DNA of 64,000 nucleotides from an uncultured delta proteobacterium (GCA_963745835.1 CAVUZH010000003.1:768001-832000), one strand, 5' to 3'; positions 27,782-39,031 are shown, numbered from the stretch's first letter. Numbers and translations: made by a program. The notes: generated by a model from the letters alone, not told the origin.

Positions 27782-29455
27782 GTGAGGAGAAACCTAAGGG
27801 CGCTGGGCGCTAAACAGTACGATGTTCTGGTTGTGGGTGGCGGGATCTACGGAATCAGCATTGCCAGAGATGCGGCACTGAGAGGACTGACTGTTGCGCT
27901 TGTAGAAAAGGAGGATTTCGGACACGCGACTTCCAGCAATCATCATAAAATAATCCATGGCGGGTTTCGTTACCTTCAACATTGCGATCTGAGGCGAATG
28001 CGTGAATCGATTCGGGAGAGAAGCGTCCTATTGCGTATAGCTCCTCATTTGGTAAGACCTCTACCCTTTCTTATTCCCACCTCGAGACATCCCTTACAAG
28101 GAAAGCTGCTGATGTCGGCGGCATTCAAGCTCAACGATTTGATTAGCTTCGATCGTAATCGAAATCTAAAAGCCGGGAACAAAATATCGGCCGGGCGCAT
28201 GATATCCAAAGACGAGTGCCTCCGTCTTTGCCCTGTTTTGAATCAAAGAATGATGACCGGAGGCGGGCTATTTTTCGATGCGCAAGTTCAGAACCCGTCT
28301 CGGCTCAACCTCGCGGTTCTTCTCTCCGCGGTTAAGTCGGGAGCTGTGGCGGCGAATTACGTGAGGGTAAACCAGTTTCTGCGGGAAGGAAACAATGTCA
28401 TCGGTGTACGTGCTAGTGACGTCCTTAGTGGACATTCTTTTTCAGTTCGAGCGCGGCTCGTGGTCAACTGTGCGGGCCCTTGGGCCGGTCAAGTCCTTGA
28501 AGACCTCGGCGCCTCAGTAAAGCCACTGCTGACCAGCATGTGCAAGGCGTTCGTACTTGTAACTCGACACCTAGGTAGTGAAGTTGCGGTGGGTGTTCCG
28601 AGCCGTTTCGAATACCGAGACGGTGATGCGGTAATCCAAAAAGGGTATCGCTATTTCTTTATCACACCGTGGCGAAACACTTCTCTGGTAGGCACGTTCC
28701 AAAGCCCCTATCGAGGCTCTCCAGAATCCCTCACGGTCACTGAACCCGAAATCCAGAGTGCAATTGATGAGATAAATGCGGCTCTTCCCGGGGCGGGATT
28801 AACCAGAGCGGACGTGATTTCGACTCTCAAGGGATTAGTGCCGGCCTCTGAGTCAAGCTCCGAGGGGCAAGATGTTCAATTGAAAAAGCAGCACGAAATC
28901 TATGATCACGCCTCCGAAGATGGAATCAATGGTTTGGTGTCGGTTCTAGGTGTGAAGTATACGACTGCCAGGAGCGTCGCCGAAAAGACCGTCAATCTCG
29001 TTTGTAAAAAGCTCGGGAGAGAGACACTGAGATCTGGAACCGCGGAAAAGCCGGTTCATGGTGGAGAGATCGGTTCTTTCGATGAGTTTTTAACCAGTGC
29101 CCTCGACGCCAAACCGGCACATATCGCTGCAGAGACCATGTGCCATTTGGTGCAAACCTACGGCAGTAGTTACGAAGATATCCTTCGCTATTGCGATACT
29201 GACTCGCGCTGGTCTCGAGGAATAACGGCGGAATCGCCCAGTATCACTGCGCAGGTGGTGCACGGAGTCCGCGCCGAGATGGCCCAAAAATTGGCTGACG
29301 TCATTTTCCGCCGCACAGATCTAGGAACCGCCGGCGATCCCGGTCACGAAGCTGTTTCTACCTGCGCCGAAATCATGGCGCCGGAGCTAGGTTGGGACCG
29401 CAAGCGAATCTCTCAGGAATTAAGCGAGGTCGATTCGCAGTTTGGGAGGAACTAA
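27782..29455 (+). CDS. FAD-dependent glycerol-3-phosphate dehydrogenase/oxidase-like protein (GlpD family)
   Basis: DVLVVGGGIYG, ARDAALRGL, TSS..HKIIHGGFRYL, APHLVRPL, KYTTAR, EMA..LADVIFRRT. Confidence 0.88.
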   Translation: MRRNLRALGAKQYDVLVVGGGIYGISIARDAALRGLTVALVEKEDFGHATSSNHHKIIHGGFRYLQHCDLRRMRESIRERSVLLRIAPHLVRPLPFLIPTSRHPLQGKLLMSAAFKLNDLISFDRNRNLKAGNKISAGRMISKDECLRLCPVLNQRMMTGGGLFFDAQVQNPSRLNLAVLLSAVKSGAVAANYVRVNQFLREGNNVIGVRASDVLSGHSFSVRARLVVNCAGPWAGQVLEDLGASVKPLLTSMCKAFVLVTRHLGSEVAVGVPSRFEYRDGDAVIQKGYRYFFITPWRNTSLVGTFQSPYRGSPESLTVTEPEIQSAIDEINAALPGAGLTRADVISTLKGLVPASESSSEGQDVQLKKQHEIYDHASEDGINGLVSVLGVKYTTARSVAEKTVNLVCKKLGRETLRSGTAEKPVHGGEIGSFDEFLTSALDAKPAHIAAETMCHLVQTYGSSYEDILRYCDTDSRWSRGITAESPSITAQVVHGVRAEMAQKLADVIFRRTDLGTAGDPGHEAVSTCAEIMAPELGWDRKRISQELSEVDSQFGRN

Positions 29456-29457
29456 GT

Positions 29458-30796
29458 ATGGGGGAATCGCAGCCGCGCAGCCAACGAATTTTAATGATAG
29501 CTCCAACCCCGTTTTTCGCCGACCGCGGTTGTCACGTTCGTATCCTGGGCGAAGCGAAAGCTCTGATCGCTTTAGGCCACCAAGTCGTGTTGTGCACTTA
29601 TTTTCTGGGTAGGGACGTTGAGGGAATTCCGACGGAACGGACCGTCATGATTCCGTGGTACAACAAGTTGTCCGCCGGTCCGTCATGGCACAAATTCTAC
29701 ATCGACGTCTTATTGTTATCAAAAGTTCTGCGCGCGTGCCGGAACTTCCGCCCCGACATTATTCATGCGCATCTCCACGAAGGGATCTTGATCGGCAAAA
29801 TCGCGAGTTTGATCTTTCGCGTTCCCTTAGTCGCGGATCTTCAGGGTAGTCTCACGGATGAGCTCCTCGCTCACAAGTTCCTACCGAATATCAAGCCGGC
29901 TATAAGATTCGTGAGCTGGATCGAAAGAAAGATCAACCGGATGCCTGCGCATTTGATCGTCAGCTCGACGCATACGGCCCAGGCATGCGTCAACCTATAT
30001 GGGATTGCCGCAGACCGGGTGACCTCAGTGATGGACGGCGTGGATCTTGATATGTACCGGCCGCTCGAGAGGGATATTTCACTGCAGACATCATTGGGAA
30101 TCGTCAGAATGAAAGGTGAAAATGAATAACAAGGTTGTGATCTTCGTCGGAGTGCTGACGGAGTACCAGGGCGTCGATCTCTTGCTCGAGGCAATTCCCC
30201 ACGTTGTGCAAAAAGTTCAGCATGTGAAATTCGTGATCATCGGTTATCCGAACGAGCAACTCTACCGGCAGAAGGCGCGGGAACTGGGCGTTGAACCGTG
30301 GACGCATTTTACCGGAAAAATCTCCTATGAAGAAGTGCCCCGGTACCTCTCTTTAGCCGACGTCGCTGTGTCGCCAAAGATCTCGATGACCGAAGCCAAT
30401 TTGAAGCTCTTTAATTACATGGCAATGGGCCTGCCAACTGTGGTTTTCGATACGCCGGTCAATCGTGAAATTTTAGGGCATGTCGGAGTCTACGCAAAAA
30501 TGGGTGACGTCCTTTCATTGGCCGAAGCGCTGATTGGCGTTCTCCTGAATCAAGAGCGGTCGGCTCAACTCGCTGAGCTTAGCCGGAGAAAGGCGACTGA
30601 TGAGCATTCATGGTCAATAGTCGGCCGCCGTTTGGCTGAGATTTATAACTCCATTCAAAAACAACCCAATGGTTTGGCAAAGGAGCAACAGGATGGAAAA
30701 CGCGAATATCTTGGTGACGGGCGGGGCCGGTTTTATGGGCTCCCATTTGGCAAGTCGGTTACTCGATCGGGGCCACGCCGTCACGGTTCTAGATGA
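29458..30796 (+). CDS. Glycosyltransferase family 4, frameshifted near 30110
   Basis: N-half APTPFFADRGCHVRI...DIIHAH...DGVD in one frame; C-half FVGVLTEYQGVDLL...LKLFNYMAMGLP in another. Confidence 0.85.
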
Positions 30797-31724
30797 CTTG
30801 AGCGGAGGATTCGTAGAGAACGTAGATCCTCGCGCTCGGTTTGTTCGGGGAAGCATCACCGACCACAAACTGGTCGACGCGATATTTTCGGAGTCGGGTA
30901 TTCAGTATGTTTTTCATTTGGCAGCCTATGCTGCCGAAGGACTCAGCCATTTCATAAAAAAATTCAACTACGAAAACAACTTGATCGGCAGCGTCAATCT
31001 GATTAACGCCGCGATTAATCACGGCGTGAAATGTTTTGTGTTCACCTCGTCGATCGCCGTTTATGGCAAAAATCAAGTTCCGATGACTGAGGAAATGGTC
31101 CCTATGCCGGAGGATCCGTACGGCATCGCGAAGCTCGCGGTTGAGCAAGAACTGCGTGTGAGTCAGGAGATGTTCGGGCTCGATTATGTTATTTTTCGCC
31201 CGCACAATGTTTATGGGGAACGGCAGAACATCGGAGACCGTTATCGCAATGTGGTTGGAATTTTTATGAATCAGATCATGCAACGTCGACCGATGACGGT
31301 ATTCGGTGACGGTGAACAGAGCAGAGCGTTCACCTACGTCAGCGACGTCGTTCGCGTCATTGCGGACTCGCCTTTTAATGCCAAAGCCCGAAACCAGATT
31401 TTCAATGTGGGCGCCGATACTCCTTACACGGTAAACGAGTTAGCTGAAAAAGTCGCAACCGCTATGGGAGTACCGGTTAACATCATGTATCTGGATCCCC
31501 GCAGCGAGGTCAAGCATGCTTTTTCGAGCCACGAACGGATGCGCGATGTGTTTGCTTATGCGTCTACGGTGTCCTTGGAGGAAGGCTTGGAAAGGATGGC
31601 TCAGTGGGCCTGGGGCGCGGGCGCCAAGCAAAGCAAGCGGTTCAGTGGAGTGGAGGTTACGAAGAACATGCCAAAAAGCTGGCTGGAAGAGTTTTCGCCT
31701 GAATCTGGAGAGATACGACAATGA
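30693..31724 (+). CDS. NAD-dependent epimerase/dehydratase (UDP-glucose 4-epimerase-like)
   Basis: TGGAGFMGSH, HLAA, YGIAK (YxxxK), NVYGERQ, GDGEQSRAF. Confidence 0.93.
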   Translation: MENANILVTGGAGFMGSHLASRLLDRGHAVTVLDDLSGGFVENVDPRARFVRGSITDHKLVDAIFSESGIQYVFHLAAYAAEGLSHFIKKFNYENNLIGSVNLINAAINHGVKCFVFTSSIAVYGKNQVPMTEEMVPMPEDPYGIAKLAVEQELRVSQEMFGLDYVIFRPHNVYGERQNIGDRYRNVVGIFMNQIMQRRPMTVFGDGEQSRAFTYVSDVVRVIADSPFNAKARNQIFNVGADTPYTVNELAEKVATAMGVPVNIMYLDPRSEVKHAFSSHERMRDVFAYASTVSLEEGLERMAQWAWGAGAKQSKRFSGVEVTKNMPKSWLEEFSPESGEIRQ

Positions 31725-32704
31725 AAGTGTTGGTTACAGGCGGAACCGGTTTCACCGGCAGCCATTTGGTGAAGCGCTTGTTGGATAGGGGCCGAAAAGT
31801 TGTGGTTGTCGACAATAAAAAGGGCCTTTTCTATCAAGAGCTCGAAAAACGGGGCGCGAAAATCGAACTGGGCAGTGTCACTGATCGAGTTCTGATGGAA
31901 AATCTGGTACGCGACTGCGAGGTGGTGTATCACATAGCCGCAGCTTTTCGTCAACTGAATGTGCCGAACCAATATTATTGGGACGTCAACGTAGAGGGCA
32001 CACGTAATCTTGTCGATGCCGCGTTCAGGTCCGGTGTAAGAAGATTCGTCTACTGCAGCACGCAGGGAGTTCACGGTGACATCAAGAACCCTCCTGGAAA
32101 CGAATCATCTCCGATCATGCCTGAAGACTATTACCAGCTTACCAAGTTCGAAGGCGAGAAAGTGGTTCAGGAGTACGTCGCCCGTGGACTAGACGCAGTG
32201 ACTCTCCGGCCCACCGCGATCTATGGGCCTGGAGATCCCGAACGTTTTCTCATCTTATTCCGGTTGGCAAAACGGGGATCCTTTTTGATGTTTGGCGACG
32301 GTGAAACTTTCTACCATCCGGTGTACATCGATAATTTAGTTGATGCGTTCGAATTGGCGGGTGAAAAGCCCGGAATAGCTGGACAGAGCTACATCATAGG
32401 CGATGAACATTATTACAGCATCAAGGATCTGGTGCGAAACGTAGCAGATGCTCTGAACGTTCGGGTACGCATCCGTTACTTGCCTTTCTGGCCTCTCTGG
32501 ACCGCGGCATGGACCTGTGAAATGGCCTGCAAACCTCTTCGTATAACTCCGCCGATTTTCCGACGAAGAGTGGACTGGTTTCGCCAGGTTCGCGCCTTCA
32601 GTATCGACAAAGCTAAAACGGAGCTTGGATATGATCCCAAGGTGGATCTACAAACCGGCCTGAGACGGACCGCCCAATGGTACGCAGAGCATCGGTACGT
32701 GTGA
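31721..32704 (+). CDS. NAD-dependent epimerase/dehydratase
   Basis: TGGTGFTGSH, HIAA, YQLTK, RPTAIYGPGD. Confidence 0.92.
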   Translation: MKVLVTGGTGFTGSHLVKRLLDRGRKVVVVDNKKGLFYQELEKRGAKIELGSVTDRVLMENLVRDCEVVYHIAAAFRQLNVPNQYYWDVNVEGTRNLVDAAFRSGVRRFVYCSTQGVHGDIKNPPGNESSPIMPEDYYQLTKFEGEKVVQEYVARGLDAVTLRPTAIYGPGDPERFLILFRLAKRGSFLMFGDGETFYHPVYIDNLVDAFELAGEKPGIAGQSYIIGDEHYYSIKDLVRNVADALNVRVRIRYLPFWPLWTAAWTCEMACKPLRITPPIFRRRVDWFRQVRAFSIDKAKTELGYDPKVDLQTGLRRTAQWYAEHRYV

Positions 32705-32793
32705 TTGCTGTATACGCTGCGTCGGTAAATCAGTTTCGAACTTCGAGTTCGAGGTTCATCCGGGAATCTTGAACGGGTGTTAAAGCGAAAATT

Positions 32794-34734
32794 ATGTGCG
32801 GAATTAGCGGACTCTGGCAATCCACAGCAATTGACGAGCGTCTAGTTCGGTCGATGACGGCGGCGCTAACGCATCGCGGCCCCGATGACGAAGGATTTTA
32901 CTTCAATCGAGGTGTCGGGCTGGGACACCGTCGGTTGAGCATCATTGATCTCGAGCACGGGCGCCAGCCGATCTGTAATGAGGACGGCACCGTATGGATC
33001 GTGTTTAACGGCGAGATCTACAACTTTCTAGATCTTCGTCAGGAACTCGAGGCTGCCGGTCACCGATTCAAAACGTCGACGGACACGGAAGTCATTGTCC
33101 ATCTGTACGAACAACACGGCACTGACTGTGTCCGCTACCTTCGCGGTATGTTCGCGTTCGCGATTTGGGACGATTCGAGACGCCGACTGTTTCTCGCGCG
33201 TGATCACGTCGGTCAAAAGCCTCTCTTTTTCTTTCATCGCAACGGCGTTTTTGGCTTTGGATCGGAGATCAAGGCTCTGCTCCGAAGCGGTTGCGTTAAA
33301 GCCGAGATGGACGCAGCTGCCATGAACCACCTGATCTCCTTACGATACCTGCCCGGGACGCAGACTCTTTTTAAAGGAATCCACAAGCTGCCCGCTGGTC
33401 ATTGGATGACTGTAGAAAACGGTCAGGTTAAAACTCAGCGATATTGGCAACTCGATTATACAAAGAAGCTTGGCGGCAGCGAAGAAGAAGTGGTCTCTGA
33501 GCTCAAACAGGTTATCCAGGAGTCAGTAAAATCCCATCTGATCAGCGATGTGCCCGTGGGCGCTTTTCTCAGCGGAGGAATCGATTCCAGCACCGTGGCG
33601 TCTATGATGTCGCTTTCATCTGCGGAGAGAATCCAAACTTTTTCCATTGGGGTCCAAGAAACCGATTTTAACGAATTGCCTTTCGCGCGGCTGGTTGCGG
33701 ACCGATATAACACGATGCACTTCGAAAAGATCGCGAGCAATCGCCTGGTGTCATTGTTGCCGACGCTCATCTCGCACATGGATGAAATCGTCGACCCATT
33801 CGGTTTCGGCGTTTTTCTCGTCGCCGCGCTTGCCAAATCCCATGTAAAAGTCGTCTTGGGAGGTGACGGTGGAGACGAGCTGTTTGGCGGCTACGATCGC
33901 TACGTCGGGAACCGATTGGTCGATTACTATTGTTTTATTCCTCAGACGGTTCGGAAGCACGTTTTTCCGTCACTTATCCGATTGCTGCCCGATTCTTACG
34001 GCTACAACAGCACGACTCAGAAACTACGATGGTTGAATGACATGTCACTGACGTCGGGCGGCGATCGCTATGCACACAGCATGTCGTACCTGCGATTTAC
34101 CCAAGAAGCAAAGGAACATCTGTTTTCTCCAGCACTGCGCCGAAGTTTGGATGGCGAATTTGATTCTGCACCGCATATTCTGGAGCACTTTAATAATTCC
34201 TGCGCGAAAGAGCTGATCGACAAGATGTTATATACGGACATGATGACCCGCATGCCGGAGCATTTGCTCATGCTGGTGGATCACATGACAATGGCGCATA
34301 GCCTGGAAGATCGCTCGCCGCTGCTGGATTACCGAGTTGTCGAATTTGCCGCTGCCATTCCCACGAATTTAAAAGTCAAAGGAAATCGCTTGAAGCATGT
34401 TTTTAGAGAGGTTGCCAAGGAGTTTTTACCTTCTCCATTGCTCTCTCGCTCCAAGCAGGGGTTTTCATTCCCTCTTGCCTACTGGATGAAATCGGAACTC
34501 GGAAACCTTTTGGAAAAGTTATTTCTTAAGTCTCGTCTTGTCGAAGAAGGCTACTTTCGTCGAGAGTATATGCTGGAGTTGCTCAGGCAACACCGCTCCG
34601 GGCGGGTGGATCATAATTACAGATTATGGATTCTCCTCAACCTTGAACTATGGTGGCGAATCTACATAGACGGCACATCGCTCGACTCTCTAAACCAGCT
34701 CATAGACGATGGGCTCGAACTCCGAGCAGCTTAA
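32794..34734 (+). CDS. asnB: Asparagine synthase-type glutamine amidotransferase (likely sugar amidotransferase)
   Basis: MCGI, HRGPD, LGHRRLSIID, FNGEIYN, FLSGGIDSS, GDGGDELFGGY, KQGF. Confidence 0.93.
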   Translation: MCGISGLWQSTAIDERLVRSMTAALTHRGPDDEGFYFNRGVGLGHRRLSIIDLEHGRQPICNEDGTVWIVFNGEIYNFLDLRQELEAAGHRFKTSTDTEVIVHLYEQHGTDCVRYLRGMFAFAIWDDSRRRLFLARDHVGQKPLFFFHRNGVFGFGSEIKALLRSGCVKAEMDAAAMNHLISLRYLPGTQTLFKGIHKLPAGHWMTVENGQVKTQRYWQLDYTKKLGGSEEEVVSELKQVIQESVKSHLISDVPVGAFLSGGIDSSTVASMMSLSSAERIQTFSIGVQETDFNELPFARLVADRYNTMHFEKIASNRLVSLLPTLISHMDEIVDPFGFGVFLVAALAKSHVKVVLGGDGGDELFGGYDRYVGNRLVDYYCFIPQTVRKHVFPSLIRLLPDSYGYNSTTQKLRWLNDMSLTSGGDRYAHSMSYLRFTQEAKEHLFSPALRRSLDGEFDSAPHILEHFNNSCAKELIDKMLYTDMMTRMPEHLLMLVDHMTMAHSLEDRSPLLDYRVVEFAAAIPTNLKVKGNRLKHVFREVAKEFLPSPLLSRSKQGFSFPLAYWMKSELGNLLEKLFLKSRLVEEGYFRREYMLELLRQHRSGRVDHNYRLWILLNLELWWRIYIDGTSLDSLNQLIDDGLELRAA

Positions 34735-34861
34735 AACGATCTGCACTCTTCAGAGATCCTGGTAGTCTAGCATTCTCTTACACAGTAATCTCGAGGAACG
34801 ATGAAACTCGAATCGACTTTTGCTCAAACAACTTGCGCATCAACAACGGGAGGAGCGATCC

Positions 34862-35604
34862 GTGAACGATTTGCCGTTGATAGAAGAGCTTGGGAGTGGA
34901 CATGTCTCGGCTTACTGGCAATATCTCAATATGTTCGTTGGAAGCCAATCTCTGGCGGAGCTTCTACGATACGAAGCGCTAACGGCGACTCTCGGCCCGA
35001 TGCCCGGGGCTTTGGGCTATTTTCTTCGTGGCAAATGCTATCGCTGGATTCTTGATGAGAATAGGGGACGGGAGCGTCGTCGGGCGCGGGGTAGTTATCC
35101 GCTGCCCAAAAAGGATTTCTATCGGTAATGGCGTGATGATAGATGACGGCGTCGTGCTGGATGCGAAAGGCACAACGTCCCAAATTCGAATTAGGGAACC
35201 AGATTCTGCTTGGAGCTCATTCGATCATTAGCTGTAACGAAGCACAGGTGCGAATTGGTAACTTTGTTTCGATAGGTCCGTTTTCTGTTTTTGCGTGCAA
35301 AAGTGAAATCGAAATCGGATCGGAGGTTTCGATCGGTTCGGGAGCCAAATTGATGGCTGGAGGCCATGTCACTGACGATCCGGAAGTGGCAGTTATACGC
35401 CAACCGCGCTCCGGCAAAGGAATCAAGATTGAGAACGGCGCCTGGATAGGCACGGGCGCGATCATTCTTGACGGCGTAACGGTCGGACTTCATAGCATCG
35501 TTGGAGCCGGAGCTGTTGTCAGCAAGGATGTGCCGCCGTGGACTGTGGTTCTTGGAAACCCCGCCCGAGTCGTGCAAAGACGAAAAGAAGTGGCGCAGGT
35601 ATGA
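34862..35604 (+). CDS. Hexapeptide-repeat (LbH) acyltransferase, two frameshifts
   Basis: GTG 34862 after GGAGGAG; three frames join into MPGALGYFLR / IGNGVMIDDGVVLDAKG / IENGAWIGTGAIILDGVTVG...GNPAR. Confidence 0.82.
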
Positions 35605-37112
35605 CAAATCTCACCGCGCTCTGGAATCAAGCGGAAAACAAGTCGGCCGAGAAGACATCCGTGGTTGATGGAGGGAGACGCCTGACTTACCGTCAGGTGG
35701 GAGATCGTATACGTCGAGTCACGGCCGGGCTCATCGCGCAATGGCGTGTGCGCGCCGGCGAAGTCGTCGCGGTTTTGGTTCCTAACTGTGCGGAATTCGT
35801 CATCAGTTATTTTGCGCTAACCTGTGCCGGGGCGGTCGTGCAGCCCGTCGATGAGCGGCTAACCCCCGAAGAAATGAAGGCCATGCTTCTCGATTCGGGC
35901 GCGCGATACATAATCATTCACCGGAGGTTCTGGCCCAAATTCGAAAAGATTCGATGTGAGCTTCCGGCACTCGAAGGTGTTCTTGGAATCGATTTGACAG
36001 CAGACCAGGACGAGCGCTTTGAAGACTGGTTGAGCCGGCCTTTCAACACTATCCTGGAAGAGGAAATCGCAGGCCATCAACTGGCTGAGCTCATGTACAC
36101 GTCTGGCACTACCGGCGAGCCCAAAGGCGTCATGAGAAGCCATTCCAATGTGCTCGCCGCCGCACGCAACTCGATTACGGCCTTTGGTTATCGCGACAGC
36201 GATGTCATGGCTATCGTGATGCCGCTTAGCCATTCGAGCGCATTGAATAGCCAGATGATTCCGATGCTGCAAGTGGGTGGAAGGATCGTACTCGTTAATG
36301 AGTTCGAAGTTGGACGATTGATCGGGATTATTCAGAGTGAAGGGGTGACCTGTATCCGCGCTGTTCCGACGATGATATGCATGTTATTGACGTCTAATAA
36401 TTTTAATGTGGGAGCATTGCCGTCACTCCGACTGCTGATCAATTCTAGCGCGCCTATCGATCCAGAAATCTATCGGGCAGTGAAGTGCAGGTTTCCATCG
36501 ATCGAAGTGATGAATTCCTATGGCTTAACTGAGGCATCCACTTGTACCATTTTGCCGGACCATTTGGCGCTTAGCGATAGTGAATCTATTGGTCATGCTA
36601 TCGATGGAGTCGAAATATCCGTTCGAGATGGGGAGGGACGAATAGTTGGGGATCTCGCCGAAGGGGAATTTTATGTCCGGGGTGAACACGTCTTTGTCGG
36701 ATATCACAATCGACCGGAAGCCACGCGCAGCGTGCTATTAGAAGGTTGGCTGCGCACCGGCGATATCGGTTACCGTGATGACCGAGGCCTATACTACCTC
36801 AATGGCCGGAAGAACGATTTCATCAATTGCGGCGGGCGCAAATTCGCCCCTCTGGAAGTTGAGACATGTATTTTGCGGATGCCTGAGGTCTCGGAAGTGG
36901 CCGTAGTCGGCGTCTCACACCGTGTCTTGGGCCAAGTGGCAAGGGCGTTTGTGGTGCCTGCCGTGCAGAACGGGCTTGATGGTAAGCAAATCGTCCAACA
37001 TTGCGCGCGCAATCTACCCACCCACAAGGTGCCCTTCTCCGTGGTGTTCGTTTCCGAATTACCGAAAACCAGCACGGGCAAGTTTTTACACCGGAAATTG
37101 GTGGACATATAA
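35601..37112 (+). CDS. Class I adenylate-forming enzyme (acyl-CoA/acyl-ACP ligase-like)
   Basis: YTSGTTGEPKG, YGLTE, WLRTGDIG, GRKND.I..GG, PKTSTGK. Confidence 0.93.
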   Translation: MTNLTALWNQAENKSAEKTSVVDGGRRLTYRQVGDRIRRVTAGLIAQWRVRAGEVVAVLVPNCAEFVISYFALTCAGAVVQPVDERLTPEEMKAMLLDSGARYIIIHRRFWPKFEKIRCELPALEGVLGIDLTADQDERFEDWLSRPFNTILEEEIAGHQLAELMYTSGTTGEPKGVMRSHSNVLAAARNSITAFGYRDSDVMAIVMPLSHSSALNSQMIPMLQVGGRIVLVNEFEVGRLIGIIQSEGVTCIRAVPTMICMLLTSNNFNVGALPSLRLLINSSAPIDPEIYRAVKCRFPSIEVMNSYGLTEASTCTILPDHLALSDSESIGHAIDGVEISVRDGEGRIVGDLAEGEFYVRGEHVFVGYHNRPEATRSVLLEGWLRTGDIGYRDDRGLYYLNGRKNDFINCGGRKFAPLEVETCILRMPEVSEVAVVGVSHRVLGQVARAFVVPAVQNGLDGKQIVQHCARNLPTHKVPFSVVFVSELPKTSTGKFLHRKLVDI

Positions 37113-37113
37113 C

Positions 37114-37425
37114 ATGGTGGATAACGGCAGGAAAATCGGTGTGGCTGTCGATCCGGATTTGCACCGGAAGGTTGTGGCGATTTTTGCCGACATTTTTCAG
37201 ATCGAGATCGAATCGGACGTAGAAGACATCCACCGCGATGAAATTGAGGCGTGGGATTCGGTTAATCATCTGCGGCTAGTGGTCGAAATCGAGGAAGTAT
37301 TTGAGACTTCGCTGAGTGACGAAGAAGTCACTATGATCGCGAGCCTGCGCGACGTGGAGAAACTGCTGATTGACCGAGGAACCGGCGTCGGCCTGCGTGA
37401 ATTGACCTGTTCAGATCAACAGTAG
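37114..37425 (+). CDS. Acyl carrier protein
   Basis: Acidic ~100-aa protein with [17 protein letters not shown] phosphopantetheine motif; ATG 1 nt after the ligase stop. Confidence 0.88.
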   Translation: MVDNGRKIGVAVDPDLHRKVVAIFADIFQIEIESDVEDIHRDEIEAWDSVNHLRLVVEIEEVFETSLSDEEVTMIASLRDVEKLLIDRGTGVGLRELTCSDQQ

Positions 37426-37429
37426 TCAC

Positions 37430-38044
37430 ATGGCAGTGCGTCTCGCGAACGTTGCTGCGCGATACCTGGTCCCTCGGCCGGTGGTTTCGCTCTATTATTT
37501 CATGCGCGACCGCTGCCTGGTCCATCCTAAGGCGCACGTTCAGCTTTCCTCCAACATTCGTTTTGGTAAAGGGACGACAATCAGGCAATACGCGATTATC
37601 AATACCTCCGGCGGTTGCGTCACCCTGGGAAAAGGTTGCGAACTGGGACCTTTCAGCATGATCGTGACTAAGTCCAAAGACGTCCGAATCGGCGATCACG
37701 TGCGCATGGGACCTCACGTCAGCATGACGGCTTCCAATCGGAATTACATGCGAAGAGATACTCTGATCGTTGACCAGGGGATACGCGAGGAAGGGATTAC
37801 GATCGGCAACGACGTGTGGATTGGCACCGGGACTGTTATTACTGACGGGGTCAATATTGGCCATGGCGCGGTTATCGCTTCCGGTGCCGTGGTAGCCAAG
37901 GATGTTGAGCCATATACGATTGTAGGCGGAGTGCCCGCGAAGGTGATCGGTGAACGGAAATTAGCGCCCGCGCGGATTGCGGATTATTGTGTGCTTCCGA
38001 GGCACACTGACGGTGCACCGAAGCAATCACTGAAATTTGCATAA
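37430..38044 (+). CDS. Hexapeptide-repeat (LbH) acyltransferase
   Basis: [34 protein letters not shown]...GGVPAK. Confidence 0.92.
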   Translation: MAVRLANVAARYLVPRPVVSLYYFMRDRCLVHPKAHVQLSSNIRFGKGTTIRQYAIINTSGGCVTLGKGCELGPFSMIVTKSKDVRIGDHVRMGPHVSMTASNRNYMRRDTLIVDQGIREEGITIGNDVWIGTGTVITDGVNIGHGAVIASGAVVAKDVEPYTIVGGVPAKVIGERKLAPARIADYCVLPRHTDGAPKQSLKFA

Positions 38045-38050
38045 TCCTCT

Positions 38051-39031
38051 ATGTCTATCCGGCGTTTCACGAGTTTTGCCCTGAAGGTCTCGGTCAGCCT
38101 TTTCTTCTTGGGCTATTTATTCAATGCCGTACATTGGGAGGATGTGTGGACCCACATCAAACAGGCAGACCCTTTCTATCTGCTTTTATACCTCGTTCTT
38201 GGATTTGTTGGTGTTTTGATCAGCTCAATTAAATGGCTTGTCCTTGCTCGATGCCATCGGATGTCTCCGAGCCTGTCTTATTTGGTTTCACTTTATATGG
38301 TCGGGTACTTTTTTAATAATTTCTTGCCAACCAGCATCGGCGGTGACGTGGTTCGAGGGCATGCGCTTGGAACGGCATTTGGAAAGAAGCCGGAAGCCAT
38401 GGCTTCAGTATTTGTGGAAAGATTTACCGGTTTTACGGCACTCGTTGTTTTTGCTCTTATAGCTCTGACCTTTGACGGCGCTCTGCGGACCGACCTTCGT
38501 TTAGTCGCGCCGATTGCCTTTGCCATGTTTGCTTACGTCGGCGTTGTGGCAGCCCTGGTGAGCTCGAAATGGCTCGAGTTTTGTGCGAGATGGATCCCTA
38601 TCAAAGTGGTACAAAAGATTTTGCTGAAGATAGGCGCGTTTCAGCAGGCCATCCAGATGTATCGACATGAACGCGCAGCCCTGTGGGCGGCGGGGGGCTA
38701 TTCTATCCTATTCTATCTGGTTTCCGTGTTGGTAGTTTACGTCGGCTGTCTCACCTTTCACGCGCCGGTATCGTTCACGAGCTTGCTGACGGCCGTACCG
38801 GTCTTGCTGATCCTTTTTATGATTCCGTTTTCGTTCGGCGGGATCGGCCTTCAGGAATGGGCCTATTATTTTGTGTTAGAAGCCATTGGTGTCCCTGCTT
38901 CCATCGGCTTGAGTTTGGGTCTGCTGTTCCGCGCCAGATCCGTAGTTTTTGGGCTTATCGGAGGAACGTTCTATCCCTTTATCAGCCGATTTGATTCTTT
39001 GCGAGATCCGATCGCTGAGCCGGCCAAGTAA
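38051..39031 (+). CDS. Lysylphosphatidylglycerol-synthase TM domain / flippase-like protein (UPF0104)
   Basis: FFNNFLPTSIGGDVVR, SVFVER, IPFSFGGIGLQE; multi-TM. Confidence 0.88.
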   Translation: MSIRRFTSFALKVSVSLFFLGYLFNAVHWEDVWTHIKQADPFYLLLYLVLGFVGVLISSIKWLVLARCHRMSPSLSYLVSLYMVGYFFNNFLPTSIGGDVVRGHALGTAFGKKPEAMASVFVERFTGFTALVVFALIALTFDGALRTDLRLVAPIAFAMFAYVGVVAALVSSKWLEFCARWIPIKVVQKILLKIGAFQQAIQMYRHERAALWAAGGYSILFYLVSVLVVYVGCLTFHAPVSFTSLLTAVPVLLILFMIPFSFGGIGLQEWAYYFVLEAIGVPASIGLSLGLLFRARSVVFGLIGGTFYPFISRFDSLRDPIAEPAK

